Shown piece by piece: positions 56,893 to 64,000 of a stretch of DNA of 64,000 nucleotides. The notes beneath the pieces were generated by a model. It did not search any database. It saw only the letters and a list, made by a program, of their open reading frames with translations, and was not told the DNA's origin. Source of the stretch: Eledone cirrhosa (Eukaryota); the NCBI GenBank assembly GCA_964016885.1, contig OZ024743.1:50096001-50160000 (forward strand), read 5' to 3'. Both the position numbers and the translations under genes were made by a program. Within the stretch, counting starts at the first letter, position 1. The number at the start of each line of letters is the position of its first letter.

Positions 56893-57684
56893 GATATTAA
56901 TAAATGGAAACTATATTTATAAAACCATATTTATTTCATTATACATATTTCAGGGATACCAAATTAAATTATGCTATGCCTTCATCAGACAAAATACAAT
57001 ATATATAACAGTTTTACAAATAAGCTTTGACGTACCCTTCTAAAATGCAACCATTATTTTTGGAAGCCATCTGGATAGTGAATTGTTTATATTATTTTAA
57101 TAAGTCTTAGTGTTAAGGACAATTAGAAAAAGATGGAGAGAAAGAAAAAAGAAAAAAGAAAAAAAAAGAAAAAAGAAAAAAGAAAAAAGAAAAAAGAAAA
57201 AAGAAAAAAGAAAAAAGAAAAAAGAAAAAAGAAAAAAGAAAAAAGAAAAAAGAAAAAAGAGAAAAGAAAAAAGAAAAAAGAAAAAAGAAAAAAGAAAAAA
57301 GAAAAAATTAAAAATTAAAAGGAAAAAAGAAAAAGAAAAAACGTGGAGAAATATCAGAGAAAGAGAAATGCATGGAGAAAAAAGAGGAAAGAAAGAAAAA
57401 AAAGAAAAAAGGAAGAAATAAGAAATGTGGTGAGAGTTATGTGTGTGCATGCCTACCCACGCAGTTTTGATTGCAGATATGCATAAATTTTAACAGAATG
57501 TTAAATGCATGAATGGTAATCGTATATATGAAGGCATGAATGTTAATCGTATATATTTATGTATATATACTGTGAACTTTTTATAACACAAGGAATGTAT
57601 AGCAGTGATTAAGAGAAATCATTTGCGTTTTGTATGTCTATATTGTAGACCTGAGTAGATATAATTTCTATTTTCACGACGTGC

Positions 57685-57718
<34 letters not shown>

Positions 57719-58690
57719 AAATAAGATATATATATATATTTGTCTATCTTTGCCGTAAGGTAGTGGTTTCTCTAGCAATGTGTACATTTTGGATGCTTAA
57801 ACTCAAATTTTAGTATATTGATCTCCAGTTTTAAACTAAACATATAATCATTATTAAACAATGTTTAATTTCTCATATTATATATTTATGTCCCATTCAT
57901 GAATATTAATATTTATATTTTTATTATTCATTTCATATAAATTGTTAACTCAACTTAATATGACATGACGTAAAGTTTTCATTATCTCCCCCTCTCTCTA
58001 TATATTATTTCTCTCTCTTGAGTCTTTCTATCTGTCTGATGACTTGATATCTCTCTGTTGCTTTCCTCTGTTTTTCTATTTCTTCCTTTTTTCTTTTTTT
58101 TCTTTCCTCCTCTTTTTTCTCCATGCATTTCTCTCTCTCCGATATTTCTCCGTTTTTTCGTTTTCTTTTTTCTTTTTTCTTTTTTCTTTTTTCTTTTTTC
58201 TTTTTTCTTTTTTCTTTTTTCTTTTTCTTTTTTCTTTTTTCTTTTTTCTTTTTTCTTTTTTCTTTTTTCTTTTTTCTTTTTTCTTTTTTCTTTTTTCTTT
58301 TTTCTTTTTCCTTTTTCCTTTTTTCTTTTTTCTTTTTTCTCTCTCTCCGTCTTTTTTCTTTCTCTCCGTCTTTTTCTAATTGTCCTTAACACTAAGACTT
58401 ATTAAAATAATATAAACAATTCACTATCCAGATGGCTTCCAAAAATAATGGTTTCATTTTAAAAGGGTACGTCAAAGCTTATTTGTAAAACTGTTATATA
58501 TTGTATTTTGTCTGATGAAGGCATACCATAATTTAATTTGGTATCCCTGAAATATGTATAATGAAATAAATATGGTTTTATAAATATAGTTTCCATTTAT
58601 TAATATCGTATATCTACTCCAAATACTTGTCGAGTGCTTTATATCAGTTATAAAAATATTTACTTGTTGTATCCCAACAATTTTAAATAG

Positions 58691-58694
<4 letters not shown>
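56889..58694 (+). mobile_element. Family H fold-back element: ~535-bp arms, ~650-bp spacer, ~84-nt tail, in (TA)n
   Basis: 56889-57425 is the reverse complement of about 58072-58610, including a (GAAAAAA)n block. Confidence 0.85.
58504..58568 (+). ncRNA. Type I hammerhead ribozyme motif
   Basis: TATTTTGT-CTGATGA-AGGCATACCA...TGGTATCCCT-GAAA-TATGTA-TA-ATGAAATA; antisense copy at 56932-56996. Confidence 0.78.
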
Positions 58695-58776
<82 letters not shown>

Positions 58777-58778
58777 TG

Positions 58779-58820
<42 letters not shown>

Positions 58821-58824
58821 TATG

Positions 58825-58889
<65 letters not shown>

Positions 58890-58892
58890 ATA

Positions 58893-59070
<178 letters not shown>

Positions 59071-59244
59071 ATATATGTGTATGTATATATTTGTTTTGCA
59101 AGGTTTTTGATATGAAATCATGTGTCGAAACAAATAAATAAATAAAAAATAAAATCAAAATGGCGTAGATATTACAATGTTGATGTTGCAGATGTGCAAC
59201 GAAAGAACTTTGATAGACTATATATATATATATATATATATATA

Positions 59245-61349
59245 GATTTTGAGTTTATGTTGGTTGTATACCAACACCTCAGTATGCAGGCTGGAGCACT
59301 CGACGAAGTGCGCAGGTTGGTTTGGTTACTCCGGAGTAGTGTAAAATAAAGTTAAATAAAAGTCAAATGATTAAAATTTAGCTTCGTTTATTACTGCTAT
59401 ATATATTTCAGTGACAGCCATCTTTGGCTGTGACCTCTTCAGGCAGTTTGAATTAGTATGGTATAGACAAGTACATATGTTGTTTAGGTGTATGATATTG
59501 TCAATACTCTGATATGCCCAGTTCCTTGTTGGGTTGTTAATTCACTGGGGAACTGGAGTCATATGAATTCAAACAAACGAATTTTAGTGTCACAGGTCCC
59601 CTTCTCCTCTCATTGGTCAGTTATTAGTGTTGTCATTGTTGGAGTTAGCTTAAAAATTGATAAAATGGTAGAAGGGACAAGGTGTTGAAGGAACAAAATA
59701 TCAAAAAATGTGTCAAACTTCCCATTGTTCAGTTCTGAGAGCATTCCTCAGTCAGAAGTCTATAGAATTCTTTCTGGGGTGAGGCTCCCTGTAGTGTTTA
59801 TGCCTGCTATTGTTCAGTACATTTGACCTCCACCATTATTTTGGTACTGTTGTTGTTGTAGTGGTCAGCTTATATCTTGCTGCTGCTAACAATTTAGAAG
59901 TATTCAGTTTGTGTTTTCTCTTCATCCCACCCGCCACCATCGTAGTGGTGGTGGCGGGGGGGGGGGGGTTATTTCATGTATATGAAGAAATATAAGGCAA
60001 TAAATGAAGAAAACAGAAGATAAATAAATAATATAATAAAATAAAATAATTAATATAATTTGTGTAATTTGAAAATAAATAAATAAATAGAGAATAAAGA
60101 ATAAAGAGTAAATGAGAGATTGGTGAAAAAGTAATGATAATGTATATGGAGAAGTGAGAAATAATGTAGGATAAAGTGTGTGTGTGTGTGTGCTATAACC
60201 AATCTCAAGGTCAGAATATGTTGGATAGATTGGTATGATACAAGATGTTAAGATGAGATATTCAATGTGTTTGTGTTATAATCTATCTCAACTTAAAATA
60301 AATATAAATATAAGGTTATACAGTGAAGAGGGCAGAAAACAAATAACAAATTAATATAGAGAAATCAAGATTTAAGATTGGAACTTTAAAGTCAGAAATC
60401 TGGTAAATTAAAAGTGTTTGTGTTATAGATGTTGGCCAGATTATTATGGCTGTGTCCGATTCTGTCTCTAGGCTATCATGGTGTCTGCTCCGCCTGGGTT
60501 GTTCCCTATGGCTTGAGGGGAGTTCACAACCTAGGGTGTTGTAATTGTCCATATAGCTTGAGGGAGGTCTGGCCGAGAGGTGTTTTCATGTTCTGTAGAA
60601 TTATATTAATTATTTAATTATATTAATTATTTTAATTATATTAATTATTTTATTTTATTATATTATTTATTTATCTTCTGTTTTCTTCATTTATTGCCTT
60701 ATATTTCTTCATATACATGAAATAACCCCCCCCCCCCCCCCCGCCACCACCACTACGATGGTGGCGGGTGGGATGAAGAGAAAACACAAACTGAATACTT
60801 CTAAATTGTTAGCAGCAGCAAGATATAAGCTGACCACTACAACAACAACAGTACCAAAATAATGGTGGAGGTCAAATGTACTGAACAATAGCAGGCATAA
60901 ACACTACAGGGAGCCTCACCCCAGAAAGAATTCTATAGACTTCTGACTGAGGAATGCTCTCAGAACTGAACAATGGGAAGTTTGACACATTTTTTGATAT
61001 TTTGTTCCTTCAACACCTTGTCCCTTCTACCATTTTATCAATTTTTAAGCTAACTCCAACAATGACAACACTAATAACTGACCAATGAGAGGAGAAGGGG
61101 ACCTGTGACACTAAAATTCGTTTGTTTGAATTCATATGACTCCAGTTCCCCAGTGAATTAACAACCCAACAAGGAACTGGGCATATCAGAGTATTGACAA
61201 TATCATACACCTAAACAACATATGTACTTGTCTATACCATACTAATTCAAACTGCCTGAAGAGGTCACAGCCAAAGATGGCTGTCACTGAAATATATATA
61301 GCAGTAATAAACGAAGCTAAATTTTAATCATTTGACTTTTATTTAACTT

Positions 61350-61356
<7 letters not shown>
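59245..61356 (-). mobile_element. Family I fold-back element: ~720-bp near-identical arms, ~575-bp spacer, ~95-nt tail, in (TA)n
   Basis: 59342-60060 is the reverse complement of about 60634-61356 (the same 66-aa ORF is called on both strands). Confidence 0.88.
61251..61305 (+). ncRNA. Type I hammerhead ribozyme motif
   Basis: ACTGC-CTGAAGA-GGTCACAGCC-AAAGAT-GGCTGTCACT-GAAA-TATATA-TA-GCAGT-AATAAA; antisense copy at 59393-59447. Confidence 0.85.
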
Positions 61357-61393
<37 letters not shown>

Positions 61394-62176
61394 GCCTGTA
61401 TTTTTAACCGTTGGTCAATCAATGATAAACATTGATTGCCAAATAAATTAACTATGGAGATATAAAAGATACAGAAGTGAAAACCAACCAAACAGTGAGT
61501 GTGTTCTGTTTCCCCAAGTATAACTATATATATATATAAATGGGTGTGGGTATATTTGGGTGAGTATGAGTATGGATGTAGGTATGGATGTGGGGGTGTG
61601 TAGGTGTGACGTACATATACCTTTTTGCATTAGTTTTTTCTAAATATCTTTTGTATATGACTGAATTAAATAGAAAACTAAAACCCCTTAGAACCGTTTA
61701 ATCTTATCACAGCGAGGTACATAATTCTTTGAAATGAGAAAAATTAAGAATATATGATAAACCTCTGTAAACATCATAGCAATTACAGAAAACTCGTTAA
61801 CAGAATCTCACCTGCTACAATAACACACCTGTCCTAAGCCAATAGGCATCAGTCAGAAAACATTATTGAAAATAATCAACTTTTCCCAAAGAAGACATCT
61901 TTCAATATTGATTCTCGTTGATTAGAAAACAGAATGCGTGTTTATAACAGTTTACAGTAAATATATATTATATTTTTGTTCACAAGTCGTCCAATTTATT
62001 AACCAACCTTGCATGTTTGTCTTATTAGATCTTGTTTAAATATATTTCAACTCTTAAAGGAGATTTCTAAATAGATTCAATTTGAAAATGAATTTTAAAG
62101 ATTCTATTATAATAACTTTCATGACAAATAGATGTTGAATTATCTTATTATGTTGTTATGTAGAATCATTTTAAGT

Positions 62177-62254
<78 letters not shown>

Positions 62255-62522
62255 GGAATTTAAAAAAATATATGACATGTATATAAAGATTGTTGAAGAA
62301 TGTCATTACATTCAAACAAACATATGGCATATACATAATATATATATGTATATATAATATATAAATATATCAAAATTATACACACACACATACACGGACA
62401 CGCGCACATATATATATATATATATATATATATACCTACACACACACACATTATTTATATACATGTTATTTTATATATATAATATATAAATATATTAAAA
62501 TTATACACACGCACACACACAT

Positions 62523-62585
<63 letters not shown>

Positions 62586-63002
62586 ACCTACATACACATA
62601 TATATATATATGTATGTATGTATACCTACATACACATATTATTTATATATATGTTATTTTATATATATGATATACACACTGCTGAAACATTTGTTATTAC
62701 ATATAGATCTGAGTTCAAACCCTGCTGTATCTGACCTCGTCTTCCTATGTCAATAAGACTATTTCTAATAGTAGACATGAAGCACATTCTATGTACTCAA
62801 CTGGTCCTCATTACTTGTAGAGTACGTTGGTTAGACTAATTTACAAATAATTCAATTCATAAGGGGGATAAATGAGACGTTGTGAAGTTCATACCTTTCC
62901 CAATGTCATGAGATGTATATGTGAAATTGAAATTAGTTCAAATCCCGCCGAATTTACCTTTACCTTCCATCTTTCTGGAGTCGATAATATGAAGCACTAA
63001 TA

Positions 63003-63190
63003 TAATTGTTGCTACTTTTGGCACAAAGCCAGCAATTATCCCAGTGTATTACTGGTACTTTATTTTATCGACCCCGTAAGGATGAAAGGCAAAATTAACC
63101 TTGGCGGGATTTGAACTCAGACTATAAAGGGCCGTAACTCTTTGCTGCAAAGCATGGCGTCCGACTCTCTACCGATACAGCCAATCCACC
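63003..63190 (-). mobile_element. tRNA-derived SINE nested in an opposite-strand older copy
   Basis: Family sequence on the minus strand; plus-strand fragments at about 62935-63000 and 63210-63260. Confidence 0.75.
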
Positions 63191-64000
63191 GAACTAATAT
63201 AATCCGCTTCCGTCTTCCCTTAAAATTACTGGCATTGTGCCTAAATTAGAAACCATTATTTAGACCCAGATGAGACTTTATCAAGTGGACTTACAATATA
63301 AGACATTCCATCCGTAACCATCCATTTTCTTTTTACATGTTTTTTTTACATTATTTAACATGTTCTTTCTTTTTTAAGTGTTTGCGAGTTGAGGGAGATT
63401 TAGCTATTTCTTCTGGCAGGTCGTGTAACTACATCTAAACTATCTCTTTGGTTCGGCTCTGTTGTTGGGAAGAGGAAGGGGTGAGAATCTAAACTATAAT
63501 AAAGTAAGGAGTGCGGAACTGCGTCCAGAATATATTTGTTTATCACGTTAGTAAAATAAGTTGGATTACTTTGAATAAATAATAAATGAATATTACATAA
63601 TTTATCTACTAAATTCCGTAATTCTTGATTAAATATAAATAATATTGTTGTTTATTTTAAGATTCACTTCTTTAAAATTTTCAAATGTCAACACTTCCGG
63701 TTAGCGATCGCTTAAATAAACATTCATATATTTCCGTCACTAATTTTCTCCTAATGCAGTTTATATATAATATCGTCTTTTTTTAATGTTTCATGGATTA
63801 CGTTACTGATTACATAAGACAGTGTAACGCAGGCTTCGTTCAATTTCTGTGTATATTGTCAACTACCATTTTATTTGATGTAACATATTGACATGCATAT
63901 ATACTTGCGTATAATATCAATATGCACACCACACATGCTAGCAGAAAACCACCCGAAGGGTGGTTTTTCTGCTAGTATATGTTAAAATATGTTAGTAGTC

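Overview
This is AT-rich, microsatellite-saturated eukaryotic DNA with no intact host gene that I can support. The tRNA-derived SINE and repeat content look cephalopod (Octopus-like), which is an inference. Almost every ORF in the track is a simple-repeat artefact. The real coding remnants are all from transposable elements: an R4/Dong-type RLE LINE in (TAA)n, a Tx1 LINE in (GATA)n plus a second Tx1 3' end in (AAT)n, CR1-like, RTE-like and CRE-like fragments, a Tc1/mariner deletion derivative, a Helitron and Penelope-like GIY-YIG remnants. The most striking structure is a dense set of elements, from roughly ten sequence families, inserted in or beside (TA)n tracts. Many carry type I hammerhead-ribozyme (HHR) motifs (CUGANGA...GAAA...UH, often with a palindromic stem III and a downstream AATAAA). 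Many form fold-back palindromes of about 0.1-2 kb, with a family-specific unpaired tail on one side. This fits Penelope-like/retrozyme-like insertions. In two families the fold-back centre lies where HHR stem II would be, suggesting the ribozyme structure may set the inversion point.
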